Assembly (NCBI GenBank): GCA_951406725.2 | Contig: OX597817.1 | Coordinates: forward strand, 66,836,001 to 66,900,000 | From: Octopus vulgaris | Lineage: Eukaryota | Direction of reading: 5' to 3' | DNA: 64,000 nt | Part shown: positions 25,400 through 39,648 of the stretch, one piece after another | Position numbering within the stretch: position 1 is the first letter of the stretch | Layout of the letters: every line of letters begins with the position of its first letter | Made by a program: the position numbers and the translations under genes | The notes under the pieces: generated by a model | The model's input: only the letters and a program-made list of their open reading frames with translations | What the model was told of the DNA's origin: nothing | Databases searched by the model: none

Positions 25400-27009
25400 G
25401 AAAGTATCATTTCAGTCATCCATTTGGGTGTTTTATTTAAAAGGTTTACAGGTTTACCCGTGATCCATACCTGCCTCATTCGTTACTTAAAAAGGAAATA
25501 TACATACACTATGCCTCTCGTTTTTAACAGCATCTGCAGAAGGAAGTTGTGGATGACATTAATTACATATACGAAACACAGAAACAAAATGCTGATGGAC
25601 CTAAGATGCAAAATTAAGCCCTGTAAAGTTCGAGTCCACACCATGAAACATGATGAAGATTATACCATAATTAAGCACGTTAGTGAACATCATCATAGTT
25701 CGTGTGCTCCAAAACCCGAAGTTCGCGAAACTTTAGCGGACCTAAAGGCACAAGCAGCTGTTTTCCAGGAATCTTTTCGTCCATTAATTGCGACTGCTCG
25801 TGAAAAGCTTGATGAAAATGAAATGGCTCACATGCCCTCCACTTCGTGTGTAAGTTCAATATAAGTAACTGACGTGAAGCAAAAGTAAGTACCCTCCAAT
25901 CCATCAGAGTCGATTTGGTTATGAGATACCCATGAATACAAGTTCCTTGATAGTGGCGAACTTTTCTTGCAGTTTGATAGTGGTGAAAATGATTCTGACA
26001 GATTATTTGTGTATGCAACTGATAAGGGACTTGATGACTCAGTAAATGTAAAATACTGGGCAGGTAATGGGACATTTAAGCGCTCCTTAACTACATGTTA
26101 TCAGTTGTAAATGCTTCATATTCAATTGGGTTCATTCAGTGTTCCACGATTGTTTGCTTTAATTCCAAACAAGAACCAAAAAAACTTACACCCGCCTTTT
26201 TAATAAGCTAAATGAATTACGCCAAGGACTAAGTCCCGAAAAAGCTTTGATGAAGTTTGAAAAAGCTCACATCAATAGCATTTTATTTGTTTCCTAGTGC
26301 TTCCATCTCATGTTGTCTTTTTCATCTATCTCAAAATGTGTACAGAAAAGTATGTGAATTTGGCTTTAAGGAAAGATAATGAGTCCAGTATTAAAATCAG
26401 ATACTGGCATTTTTTCCTCTTGATGATGTGATTGATGGATTCGAATATCTTGTAGATGACAACGATCTTCCGTAAGAACTTGTGTCCTAAGAACTTGTGA
26501 AATATCGTACATAAGATGCGTGCGAGGTTGAGGAATTAAACAACGAAGAACTTTGTTTCCCTTTGATAGTTGGAAAGTCCGCTTTAGAACAGAATCGGGT
26601 ATGCCTCGCACTAATAACCATTTAGAGGAATATCACAACGCACTACAAAGTTCTTTAACTTGCACACATCCAAATCTATGGAAATTAATTACTGCGTCGA
26701 AAAGGAAAGAACATTTGGTGCAACTGAGAAAGGTTGGATTTGATCAAGGTGAGATCTGCGAGACTAGAAAAAGTATATAAAGTATAGAAAAAGGTTATAA
26801 ACAAACGGCTGCAGCTAATTATTTGAGCGATATAGCCCCGAAAATAAGATAGGTTTTTTTACGAGCAATAGCTCATAACCTTCCTCATTATGGAAGCTTT
26901 TAGTAATATTTTTTATGCTTTACTAAAGATTTTATTTTATATTTATACAACGTTATATTTTTTTCTAATATTGGGTGTGAAATTACCAGGAGATATATTA
27001 CCAGCTACC
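25400..27009 (+). mobile_element. MULE (Mutator-like) transposase remnant with right terminus
   Basis: FLYWCH-like CKIKPCKVRVHT..H-H, WAGNGTFK (DGTF motif), FEKA, CLFHLSQNVYRK and PRTNNHLEEYHN..HPNLWKLI. Many stops and frameshifts. Confidence 0.85.
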
Positions 27010-27899
27010 GTATGCATGTGTGTATGTATGTATGTATGTATGTATGTATGTATGTATGTATGTATGTATGTATGTATGTATGTATGTATGTATGTATGCG
27101 TGTGTGTATTTATGTATGTTTGTGTATGTATGTATATGAAAGTAGTATTACGTCAGCCAATAAAGTAAATGAACTGTAAACTTTAGCACACATAGTAAGA
27201 TATGTAGTTAAAAGCGATGTTGTGGGTACATAAGTGTTGAAAACGCACTTTCGGAGTAGCGAAAGTTCCTAGGGGATATCTAATGTGGCGATGGACTCTT
27301 GCCTTTTGACAGTTTATGCAATTCCAAGCCCATTGAAGAACATTTCTGTTGATATCTGGGCAAATGAAACGAGGTGAAATGAATTTTTCCGATGCTACAA
27401 CTCCCGGATGTGAAGAAAATAAAAAACTTGACGTCTATATTTAACAAACGCAAAAGGCCGTCCATGATCAGTAGAAATACCAGGTCAAATATACCTCGTG
27501 AAAGTAGGCACATGTAGAAGACAGAACTTTAAAGGAAATGACTCGGCGTTTTTCAGTTGTAGTAATTCTTCATCCGGTTCTTGGCTCATAGCAATTTTTT
27601 TCCAAATCAATAGAATCGCTGGAGTGCAGAGAATCCACACAATAACTAGAACCCTTGATATAATAAATATCTGTAGTAAACTGCAATAGAAAATAAAGGT
27701 GTCTAATTTTCTTTAGAGATTGTTTATTTTGAAGAGCAAAGGTCAATGGTTTGTGGTTAGCATATATGACAAAGTTTCTTTTTTCTAGGAAATGACAAAA
27801 ATATTAAACTGATAGATATACCGCTAATAATTCCCGGTCGAATGTTATATATCTAGTTTCGGTTGGTTTGGTTTCAAACACTTCAAGAAAAACAGGACA

Positions 27900-28205
27900 A
27901 TTATTGTAAAACTTCGTGCAAGCATGAAGTTACGCTGGCAAAACGCTGCTCCTCTAGATGAAAACCTTACCTGTCATAGTGGTTTTGTAGCACGAAACAA
28001 AGCAGGTCTTGCTGGCCACTCAAGAAAACACATAGTGAATGATCAACAAGCACCCAAGCAAACTGAGTCCCCAACTCGTTCCATTTGCCAAAAGGTTTGC
28101 AAGGCACCAGCAGGCCCCAAGAGATACATTCGTGTCTATAGAACATGATCAACGCTTTATTTTATTGAACTCTCATTTGTCATGACAAGAGAATCCATCA
28201 TAAGT
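27900..28205 (+). mobile_element. Non-LTR (RTE-like) 3' end with two decayed C2H2 fingers
   Basis: Reads C..GFVARNKAGLAGHSRKH and ICQKVCKAPAGPKRYIRVY, then a short 3'UTR. Confidence 0.5.
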
Positions 28206-28705
28206 ATAAATGAGTTTGTATACCTGATACATGTACAAATATTCCAATGCTCGTGCAATCACTTTCATAGAATTATTAGAGAGGGGCTATAAAATAAAAT
28301 GAAAACAAACATTTATTTTTATTTATTTGTTTATCTTTTGCAAAATTGTGGTCTTCAATTTTTACAAAATACAAATCCGAAAAATTAGTTTTTGGTAAAC
28401 TAAATACTACATAATTTCCTACACTATACTTTAGGACTACTATACATACAATACATTTAGCTAAATGGAAATACTTCAATATAAGTATCTCAATATTCAA
28501 ACAACAATGCATTATCTATAAGAAACTGTTCCACTGTTTTTTTTTTTGTTTTGGTCTCTTTTATGTTGGAAATTTAGGCCTTCCGGATTACATAAAGGTC
28601 ACCAGTAGAATATTGTGGCTTTGCAGTTAAGGAGTTCGCAGTATAACGGGTTCGATGCTACCACGTAGCACTTTGGGTCAATTCTATTTTGACCCAATCT
28701 AGAAT

Positions 28706-28791
<86 letters not shown>

Positions 28792-28890
28792 AAATAAATA
28801 TTAATATATATATATAAATATTTATATGTATACATACATATACATGTGCGCGCCTCTGTATATTATGTATATATATGTATATATATGTTT

Positions 28891-31641
28891 TGAAACGAGC
28901 TTGATGTCGGTGAGTATCCTCGTGGACTTTCGGGGTGCACAAAGCAATCACTCACTAGCCGTTGCTTTAATAATCCAGAATTCTACAAGTCAGAAACAAC
29001 AAAACGCAGACGTGAAATATATATATAATTACTTTATTCTCTTTCTTGGTAAACAATAACAATAAGTGTGTTATCTGATGTCCTTGATTCGGGCGCGCAA
29101 GGCTGAAAGTTAATAGATTGTAATATTTACAATCTCCAGCCCAAAAACAGAAAGGATTCAAGATGGCGTCGAACAATGGAGACGATGTTGGTCTGCAACA
29201 ATTTTGGTTAAAAGTCTTCGGCCAAAGGACTGCTAGAATCCGTTCGAATGGAGAGAATATATGCGTGACCGTCGCCGTCAATCGCTGGGTCCCAAGTCAC
29301 CGCTTGCTGGACGCTAGCGGTCAAACGTTCTACGACCCCCTTGCCTCGCTAACTGCTACGTAGGCAATAGGGTCGTGCTACCGGTGGTTCGCGCATGCGC
29401 GAGAGGGCCCTTCCTTTCTGTGCCTTGGTGAAGGCACTAACACGCGCGAAATACAAATGGTCGGTGCGCGAGCGCGCACCGTTATAATATCACTACAGGC
29501 TCCCCTCCAGTGCGTACGCACGAAAGGAAACATTGTAGTGACTGCAAAACTCAAGGTGGACACCAGATAACCAAATAGCACACAATAATATAATGGCAAA
29601 ATTTATAACATACACAAGAAATTTACCAAAGGAAAAAGAGAAAAAATACTCAATGAGCAAAAATCAAGAGTGCATGCATGAAAGTGTATACGCCACAAAA
29701 GTATAAACCCTTCCGCTGAAGGGAGCGGAAGAAAAGGCAGAACTCACAGTTATTGAACCTAGGCGAAATTAAAATCCAACTTCTCTAAAGGTGGTTGATC
29801 CTGCAAATAGCAGTTAAATCAATTGCTGCAGGAGATGAAATGGAATTGACAGAATCTCGCTAGTAACACAAAAGGCAAAAGTGCAAACATGCTGGTGTGA
29901 TGCGCGACACAGATAATTTTCTGTTAATTACGTGACCAACAAGGGACTAACAGGGAAAAATAATTACGCCTATAAATCGGCGCAGCGCATATGAACATCC
30001 GACATGAGTCGGGAAAAGAAATCAAGCTAACGCAAAACGTGTTGCAAAACAAGGCAAGTACACGTGCGAAGCAATAGGCGCATGAAATGCAATAGTGCTT
30101 GCCAGACCAAAAAACAGCAAATGAATATGCCAGTGGTTAAGCGATTATATGCTTCGTTCGTATAGGAACAAAAGTATGACATGCTGGCGCGTTATAATGG
30201 ACAAACAACCCTCTCTATGTATACGTGACCAACCTAGGGTCTATAGAAATGAGGGGTGTCCACAAAAGGCAAATTTAGCATGGAACAAAACAAGCGAGAA
30301 AAGCACGTGTGACGTATGTATGTGAGAGAGAGCATTTATGTGTGTGTACGTGTGTGCGACAGAAATACATACAAGGTGAATGCGAGCAAAATACAAAAAA
30401 ATACAGCGCATAGAAAAAATGTCTCTCGGGCTATTCCAGACAAGAATTAATTTACCAGTCTGTAATAGCCTGATGTACAATAGCAGTTCGTTCTGTAACA
30501 GAAATGTTGAAATCACAAAATGCAGATGCCGATTGAACACATATCGTGTAACGGTTGTGGCTTCAATGCTGTGACAGGTTAACTGGAACAGAAGAAATCT
30601 CGTAGAAAGTGCTGTAAAATCCTTGGTGTGCTAATGCACAAACGGCAAGTGGACTAAACTTCCGCGAGTTGCTATGTACATCTTGGTGGAGGTCGACGGT
30701 GTTGAAAGGCGACGTTGGTGGTGGAAGGCGACTGTAGTGGACTTGGGACAACATCGTTCTCAGTGATGATGGCGACGAAGATAGCGACGACGTGAAGTAG
30801 ACAGACGACGAAGGTGGAGAAAAGGCATCGAATATATGATGGCGTCCGTCATCATGGCTGTAGAAGAAGAAAGAGGCTCCTTCTACTACTGTTTGTGGTG
30901 GCCGGAAAACAAATCGTCGAAAGATGAATGCGTAGAGTTAAATCGTGTTCCGACTTCGCAGAAAAACTGGATTTTTTTTTGTTGATAAGTGATCTCTGGT
31001 TTTAGACCAGAATCACGTCGGGAGGTCACCACTTGTAACAAGCTTGAGTGAAGTAAATATCTCTTGTGCACTTTCGGGGTGCACAAAGCAATCACTCACT
31101 AGCCGTTGCTTTAATAATCCAGAATTCTACAAGTCAGAAACAACAAAACGCAGACGTGAAATATATATATAATTACTTTATTCTCTTTCTTGGTAAACAA
31201 TAACAATAAGTGTGTTATCTGATGTCCTTGATTCGGGCGCGCAAGGCTGAAAGTTAATAGATTGTAATATTTACAATCTCCAGCCCAAAAACAGAAAGGA
31301 TTCAAGATGGCGTCGAACAATGGAGACGATGTTGGTCTGCAACAATTTTGGTTAAAAGTCTTCGGCCAAAGGACTGCTAGAATCCGTTCGAATGGAGAGA
31401 ATATATGCGTGACCGTCGCCGTCAATCGCTGGGTCCCAAGTCACCGCTTGCTGGACGCTAGCGGTCAAACGTTCTACGACCCCCTTGCCTCGCTAACTGC
31501 TACGTAGGCAATAGGGTCGTGCTACCGGTGGTTCGCGCATGCGCGAGAGGGCCCTTCCTTTCTGTGCCTTGGTGAAGGCACTAACACGCGCGAAATACAA
31601 ATGGTCGGTGCGCGAGCGCGCACCGTTATAATATCACTACA
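28891..31641 (-). mobile_element. Non-autonomous LTR retrotransposon (Gypsy-type cis signals)
   Basis: LTRs at 28891-29497 and 31034-31641 (TG...CA). 4-bp TSD gttt at 28887-28890 and 31642-31645. PBS matching the tRNA-Trp 3' end (aatcacgtcgggaggtcacca, 31011-31031). PPT at 29498-29510. No retroviral ORF in the 1.5-kb interior. Confidence 0.92.
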
Positions 31642-32096
31642 GTTTTATAAATATAATAGATAATGAACAATTTTAAATAATGTTGGATTGGGATCACCAT
31701 TCTGCCTAAAAAAATGGATCTACAAATTCAATATCCCTACATACCTCACATCTATTTTCTTTCCTCCACCTCACTCTCTATTTTGTATCCTATCTAAATT
31801 AACTATTACTTAACCATCCTCTCACACCGTCTCCGATGAAGGGATATCTATATATATAAAACTGAGAATGTGTGTGTGTGTGTGTGTGTGTCTGTCTGTT
31901 TGTCTGTCTGTGTGAATCCCAAACAACTTGAGAACTACATAACCAATTTCATTCAAATTTTACACATGCCTTACTTAGGGTCCGGGGAGTGTCATGGGCA
32001 AAAAAAATGTTTAACTTCTTGCCTAGGGTGAGCCCACAGCAATATCATATCTTCTCCACTATTTCAGTATTACGTGTTAAAAGTGAAACAAAAGCA

Positions 32097-33800
32097 CCCT
32101 GGCCTTGCCTTGCTGGCTGGAAACTTGCCTTGGCTGGCTGGCATGTTTTTAGCTGCCTGGCTGGCTGGCCGACCCGGTTTTGGATACCTGGCTGGCCCGA
32201 CTGTGGCTTGCTGGCTGGAAACTGGCCTAGGCTGGCTGGCTGGCTAGTTGTTGGCTGCCTGGCTGGCCCGGTGTTGGCTTGCTGGCTGGCCTGGCTTTGG
32301 CTGGCTGGCCCGGTTTTGCATACCTGGCTGGCCGGGCCTTAGCTTGCTGGCTGGAAACTGGCTTAGGCTGGATGGATGGCCCTGTTTTAGATACCTGGCT
32401 GGCCCTGAACTTGTCTTGCTGGCTGGAAACTTACCTAGGCTGGCTGGCTGGCCAGGTCTTGAATGCCTGGCTTGCCCAGCTTTGGCTTGCTGGTTGGTCT
32501 GGCCTTGACTTGCTGGCTGGCCCGGTTTTGGATACCTGGCTGGCCTAGCCTTGGCTGGCTGGCTGGCCTGGTCTTGGCTTCCTGACTGGATCGGCCTTGG
32601 CTTGCTGGCTGGCCTGGCCTTGGCTGGCTGGCTGGCTGGCTGGCCCGGTTTTGGGTACCTGGCTTGACGTGCGTTGGCTTGGTGGCTGGAAACTTGCCTA
32701 GGCTGGCTGGCTCGGTTTTGGATACCTGGATGGTCCTGGGCTTGGCTTGCTGGCTGGAAACTGGCCTAGGCTGGATGGCTGGCCCTGTTTTGAATACCTC
32801 GTTGGTCCTGGACTTGGCTTGCTGGCTGGCCGGTTCTTGGCTGCCTGGCTGGTCCGACCTTGGCTTGCTGGCTGACCTGGCCTTGGCTGGCTGGTTCGTC
32901 CGGTTCTGGATACCTGGCTGGCCCGGCATTGGCTTGCTGGCTGGAAACTGGCCTAGGCTGGATGGCTGGCCCGGTTTTGGATACCTGGCTGGTCCTGGAC
33001 TTGGCTTGCTGGCTGGAATCTTGCCTAGGCTGGCTGGCTGGCCGGGTCTTGGCTGCGTGGCTGGCCCGGCCTTGGCTTGCTGACTGGCCCGGTTTGGGAT
33101 ACCTGGCTGGCCCGGCGTTGGCTTGCTGGCTGGAAAATGGCCTAAGCTGGCTGGCTGGCCCGGTTTTGGATACCTGGCTGGTTCTAGGCTTGGGTTGCTG
33201 GCTGGAAACTTGCCTAGGCTGGCTGGCTGGCCGGTTCTTTGCTGCCTGGCTTGCCCGGCCTTGGCTTGCTGGCTGGCCCGGTTTGGGTACCTGGCTGGGC
33301 CGGCGTTGGCTTGATGTCTGGAAACTTGCCTGGGCTGGCTGGCTGGCCCGGTTTTGGGTACCTGGCTGGTCCTGGGCTTGGGTTGCTGGCTGGAAACTTG
33401 CGTAGGCTGGCTGGCTGACCTGGTCTTGGCTGCGTGGCTGGCCCGGCCTTGGCTTGCTGGCTGACTGGCTGGCCCAGTTTGGATACCTGGCTGGCCCGGC
33501 GTTGGCTTGCTGGTTGGGAACTGGCCTAGGCTGGATGGCTGGCCTTGTTTTGGATACCCGGCCGGTCCTGGACTTGATTTGCTGGCTGGAAACTTGCCTA
33601 GGCTGGCTGTCTGGCCAGGTCTTGGCTGCCTGGCTGGTCCTGGACTTGGCTTGCTGGCTGGAAACTTGCCTAGGCTGGCTGGCCGGCCGGTTCTTCGCTG
33701 CATGACTGGTCCAGCCTTGGCTTGCTGGCTGGCCTGGCCATGGCTGGCTGGCCCGGTTTTGGATACCTGGCTGGTCCTGGGCTTGGCTTGCTGACTGACG
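32097..33800. repeat. GC-rich complex minisatellite built from GGCT/GCTGG modules (~35/70-bp higher order)
   Basis: Recurrent modules cttgctggctggaaacttgcctaggctggctgg and cccggttttggatacctggctgg. The top strand is very A-poor. Confidence 0.92.
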
Positions 33801-35234
33801 CAAGCATTGTTATTATTATTATGGTGCATTGTTGCGCCATTCACAACACAGTATTATTATTTATTATATTTTTTATCATTTACTTGTTTTAGTCATTAGA
33901 CTGTGGCCATGTTGGAGCATTTCCTTGAAGGGTTTTAGTTGAACAAATTAATTCCAACACTTGTTTCTAAAGTCTGGTACCTATTCTATCGTCTCTGTTG
34001 CCAAACTGCTAAGTTTTGGTGAGATAAACAAACTAATATTGCTCTTCTTGCCTGTCAAGCAGTGAGGGGTGGGACAGGTAGACACACATACATACACACA
34101 CACACACACACTCATACGCATATGCATATATATGTGTGTGTGTATATATATATATAAAACTGAGAATGTGTGTCTGTCTGTCTGTCTGTCTGTCTGTGTG
34201 AATCCCTAAAATCTGAGAACTACACAACCAATTTCATTCAGATTTTACACATGCCTTACTTAGAGTCCGGGGAGTGTCATGGGCAAAAAATGTTTAACTT
34301 CCTGCCTAGGGCGAACCCACAGTAATATTATATCTTCTCCTCTATTTCAGTATTACGTGTTAAAAGTGAAACAAAAGCATCTCTCTATTGTATATATATA
34401 TATATATAAAACTGAGAATGTGTGTCTGTCTGTGTGAATCCCTAAAACTTGAGAACTACATTCAAATTTTACACATGCCTTACTTAGGGTCCATGGATTT
34501 ATATGGGCAAAAAAAATTTTGACTTCTTGCCTAGGACGAGCTCATAGAAATATATCTTCTCCACTATGAATCCCTAAAACTTGAAAACTACACAACCAAT
34601 TTTATTCAAATTTTACACATGCCTTACATCGGGTCCATGTAGTGTAATATGTATACATGTATATGTATAGATGTATTTCTATAGATATACATGTATATGT
34701 ATACATGTATGTCTAGATGTATATATATAAATGTATATGTAATATGTACACATATATATATACACATATATACATGCATACATATATACACCCATACACA
34801 CATACATAGGCGCAGGTGTGGCTGTGTGGTAACAAAAAATTGGTTCCAAAACACATGGTCCTCAGTTCAGTCCCACTGTGTGGTAACTTGGCATGTGTCT
34901 TCTGCTATAGCCTCAGACCAACCAAAGCCTTGTCCGTGGATTTTGTAGACAGAAACTGAAAGAAATCAATTGTATGTATATGTATGTATATATGTAAGTC
35001 TATGTGTGTGTCTTTGTGTTTCTCCCTCATCACTGCTTCACAACTGGTGTTCGTTTATTTACATCCCCATAACTTACTGGTTTCACAAGAAGAAACTGAT
35101 AGAATAAGTACCAGGCTTATCAAAATATAAAAAAGCACTACGCAGTGTCTCATATTTTTGTTTGCCCACTCAGTTGTATCTATCAATTTATCATTGTGTG
35201 TGTGTGTGTGTGTGTGTGTGTATACATATATATA

Positions 35235-35334
<100 letters not shown>

Positions 35335-35399
35335 ATTTCGTAGACAGGAACTGAAACAAATCAATCGTATATATATGTATGTATATATGTAAGTGTATG

Positions 35400-38100
35400 G
35401 GTTTTGGTATTGGCAACATGAATGACAATGGTCAGAGACTACTTGAATTTTGCACATACCATAACCTGTGCATCACCAACACATTCTTTGCCAACAAGAC
35501 ATCCCACAAGTCATATTGGAGACATCCAAGATCTCACCACTGGCATCAGTTGGATCTTATCATTACACGAAGATCCTTTCTGAATTCTGTTCAACTGACC
35601 CGTAGTTACCACAGCACGGATTGTGACACAGATCATTCACTAATAAGAAGCAGGGTGAGGATTCTGCCTAAAAAAGTCCATCACTCCAAGAAAATGGGCC
35701 GACCACGCATTAACACTGCCAGAACCTCGGATCCTACGCTGCGAAAATGTTTTGCTGTTTCTATCAAGGTTGCCCTCAGTAGCTGCCCAACCTCCTCTGC
35801 TGAAAGTTGGTGGAATTATATCAGGGAAGCTTTGTATACCACATCAATAGATACTTTCGGCATGATTCAGTGCTGGGCTCTCAGAGCTGGAAACAGTTAT
35901 CGAAGCAAAGCGTGCAGCTCTTATGCAATACAAGAGGGATTCTTCTACAAAGTCACTCGAAGAACTCAGAAGGGCAAGAAATAAAACCCAACTGACTGCC
36001 AGACGCTGTGCAAATAGGTATTGGCAGGAAATCTGTCAGAGTATCCAGTCAGCTGCTGACAGTGGCGACACCCGTGGGATGTATGCCGGTTTGAAGAAGG
36101 CCCTCGGTCCATCCGCAACCAAGTCAGCCCCTCTGAAATCAACTACTAGAGATCTCATCAAGGACCAAAGCAAGCAAATGGATAGATGGGTGGAGTACTA
36201 CCAGGATCTCTACTCACGGGAAACTACGGTAGCTGAGGCTGCAATCGAGGGTGTCAAGATCTTGCCAGTCATGTGTGAAATTGACAGTCTGCCATCTATA
36301 GCAGAGCTCACCAACGCTATAGACTCCCTAGCAAGTAACAAGGCTCCGGGAAAAGACAGCATCCCCTTAGAGATCATCAAAACCAGCAAAAACACCATCC
36401 TGCTTCGGCACCTTTATGAGCTTTTGTGTCAGTGCTGGGAAGAGGGTACAGTTCCTCAGGATATGCGGGATGCTAACATCATTACGCTTTACTAAAACAA
36501 AGGTGACCGAAGTGATTGTAACAATTACCGTGGAATATCTCTTCTAAGCACTGTTGGAAAGGCCTTTGCTTGCGTTATCCTGTCCAGGCTACAACTGCTT
36601 GCTTTTCAAATTTATCCAGAATCGCAGTGTGGCTTTAGAAGAAGCAGATCAACTATTGACATGATATTCTCCATACGCCAACTTCAGGAGAAGTCCAGAG
36701 AGCAGAAAATGCCATTATGTATGGCCTTCATTGATTGGACAAAGGCCTTTGACTGGGTAAGTAGAAAAGGCCTCTTCATCCTGCTCCAAAAAATCGGATG
36801 TCCACCAAAGCTGCTGAGGATCATCAAATCTTTCCATGATGATATGCAAGGTACCATACAGCACAATGGTTCAACATCAGCCGCCTTCCAAATAAAAAAC
36901 GGAGTAAAGCAAGGTTGTATCCTTGCCCCTACATTATTTGGCATCTTCTCGCTGCGGCTGTCACATGCCTTTGAGATATCAGATGATGAAGTGTTTCTGC
37001 ACAGTAGAAGTGACGAGAAACTGTTCAATTTCTCGCGTCTTGCAAAGACCAAAATCAGAAGCGTCCTGATCAAGCAGATGCTATTTGCTGATGATGCCAC
37101 TCTGGTATCACACACAGAAGAAGCCCTACAAAGGCTCATCAACTGTTTTGAGCATGCATGTAGCGACTTTGGCTTAGTTATCAGCCTCGAGAAGACCAAC
37201 ATCATGGGTCAGGCTACATTGGACATCCCAAACATACATATTGGAGGCCACAGACTACAGGAGGTGGAGAAGTTTACCTATCTTAGCTCTACCGTCACCT
37301 ACAACATATCCCTTGATGCTGAGCTCAATATACGCATTGGCAAGGTAGCTACTGTGATGGCCCAACTCTCCAAACGGGCATGGGACAACAATAAGCTGAC
37401 CAAGACCACAAAAATGAAGATTTACCAGGCATGTGTACTTAGCATTCTACTGTATGGAAGTAAGACTTGGACGCCATACACACGCCAAGAGTGTCGCCTA
37501 AATATCTTTCACCTGCGCTGCCTCCAGAAAATCCTTCGCATCAAATCGCAGAATTATGTCCCCAACAAAGATGTCTTCAAGCAAGCAGGAATACCAAGCA
37601 TGTTTGCACTCCTCACACAAAGACGTATGAGATGGCTTGGACATGTTAGCCGTATGGAAGATGGTAGAATCCCCAAGGACATACTCATCAGAGAGCTTGC
37701 TAGAGGCATTAGGTCTGTGGGAAGACCGTTCTTACGATACAAGGATGTTTGCAAAAGGGATATGAATGCCTGCAACATCAATATTACCAACTGGGAAGCT
37801 GTTGCCAGTAACCGTGGAGATTGGCGACGTACCGTAAAGGAGGGAACACAAAGGAGTGACATAGAGAGAGAGAGGAGAAATGGAAAGACAAGAAAAGACG
37901 TCAACAAGAAAGTATGACTTTACAACCAGCCAGGCAAAGTCTTCGCTACATTTGCGGCAACTGCCAGAGGGAGTGTTTGTCCAGGATAGGACTACACAGC
38001 TACAGCAGGAGATGTATTAGGACATGAAATGTAAAAGCCGGACTAGATTATTTTATGCACAACTCCATTGTCTCCCGAGACAAAAAGGATGCTAACAACA
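35400..38100 (+). mobile_element. RTE-clade LINE, 5'-truncated (partial AP endonuclease plus RT), lightly decayed
   Basis: NDNGQRLLEFC, WHQLDLII, DTDHSL, KAPGKD, NYRGISLL, KAFDWV, GVKQGCILAP, LFADD, RRMRWLGHV, a terminal CxxC finger and a (CAA) tail. One stop at 36493 and frameshifts. Confidence 0.95.
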
Positions 38101-38142
38101 ATATATATGGATTTCGTAGACAGGAACTGAAAGAAATCAATC

Positions 38143-38243
<101 letters not shown>

Positions 38244-38470
38244 TGTATGTGTGTGTCTTTGTCTCTGTGTTTCACCCTCATCACTACTTCACAACTGGTG
38301 TTCATTTATTTACATCCACATAACTTACTGGTTTCACAAGAACAAACTAATAGAATAAGTACCAGGCTCATCAACATAAAAAAGCACAAGGCTGTGTCTC
38401 ATAATTTTGTTTGCCCACTCAGTTGTATCTATCAATTTATCTTTGTATGTGTGTGTGTGTGTGTGTATGT

Positions 38471-38625
<155 letters not shown>

Positions 38626-39496
38626 CACCCTAATGTGGGCCTGAACTCCCAAATTTTAGTTATTTCTTTTATGTTCCAAAACTAGGTCAAAAGTACTGAA
38701 TGGATCTTTATGAAATTTGAAAATTATATTCTATGCATAAGGGCCATAACCCCTATGACAATTCATATATTTTTGCTGTTGATGAAATTTAAACCATAGA
38801 TATTAGACACAAATGAAGTAATATTTATAAAATTTCATCTTCTTACAAGTTAGAAAGACCCCTCCATGGGGACTTAACACCCACAATTTTGTCATTTTAT
38901 CTAAGCAAAAACGAATACAGTTGTGCTCTTGGAAGCTGTAGGGTTACCCGAGCATAAAAGTTGAGCATTATTTCTAATTCAATGGTACAACAGTGTTAGA
39001 GTCTGCTTTGACATACACTTGGATTGTGATTTCTGCAATGTGCTGCATAAATTGGCATGTAAATGAGAGGCATCTTTGTCTCCACTGATTCAGTTGCAAA
39101 GTGTTGAGTAAAGTTATTTGATTGCAGACCTCCTTTCAGTCTTTTTATTATCACTCGGTCACACATAGTCCCCAGATGGTAACATTGATTTCAAGGCCTT
39201 CCCAGATGAGTGACTGGTTATTCAAAGACATTTATAGATTGTAAATTTATTCTGTCCAGTTACGTATCAGTATAGTGGTCATTTGCAAACTCCAGAGATG
39301 ACACTTTCATTTCTCCTTAGCCCTCACGTCACACAGTTGTTAATGTTTATTTCAGTTGGGTCACACCCTACCAATTGCTATAGATTCGTAATGCATCTTA
39401 CGGTTGCGCCTGTCGCCTGGATGGTGAGGAATCCTATATTGGGAGTGGTAACGACTAGGGTAGGGTAACTGACTTTTTATTGTGATCATTCGTCTT

Positions 39497-39648
39497 TTGG
39501 TTTCCTGTAGCTTTGCTCTCTTTACAAACCCAGTGAACACATATTTCCTGTTTCAAAGAAATTGAAATAGATATATTTGGTTTCCTGTAGCTTTGCTCTC
39601 TTTTACAAACCCAGTGAACACATATTTCCTATTTCAAAGAAATTCAAA
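39497..39648 (+). repeat. ~80-bp tandem duplication
   Basis: tttggtttcctgtagctttgctctc...tttcaaagaaatt occurs twice in tandem. Confidence 0.9.

Noticed and set aside
29163-29363. Duplicated 66-aa ORF (also 31307-31507) as a gene
   Set aside because: It lies inside the LTRs, its duplication simply reflects LTR identity, and it has no recognisable domain.
32435-33844. 469-aa and 345-aa PASQ-rich ORFs as a protein-coding gene
   Set aside because: They lie in a satellite whose minus strand is T-poor, so stops are rare in several frames at once. There is no domain or splice support.
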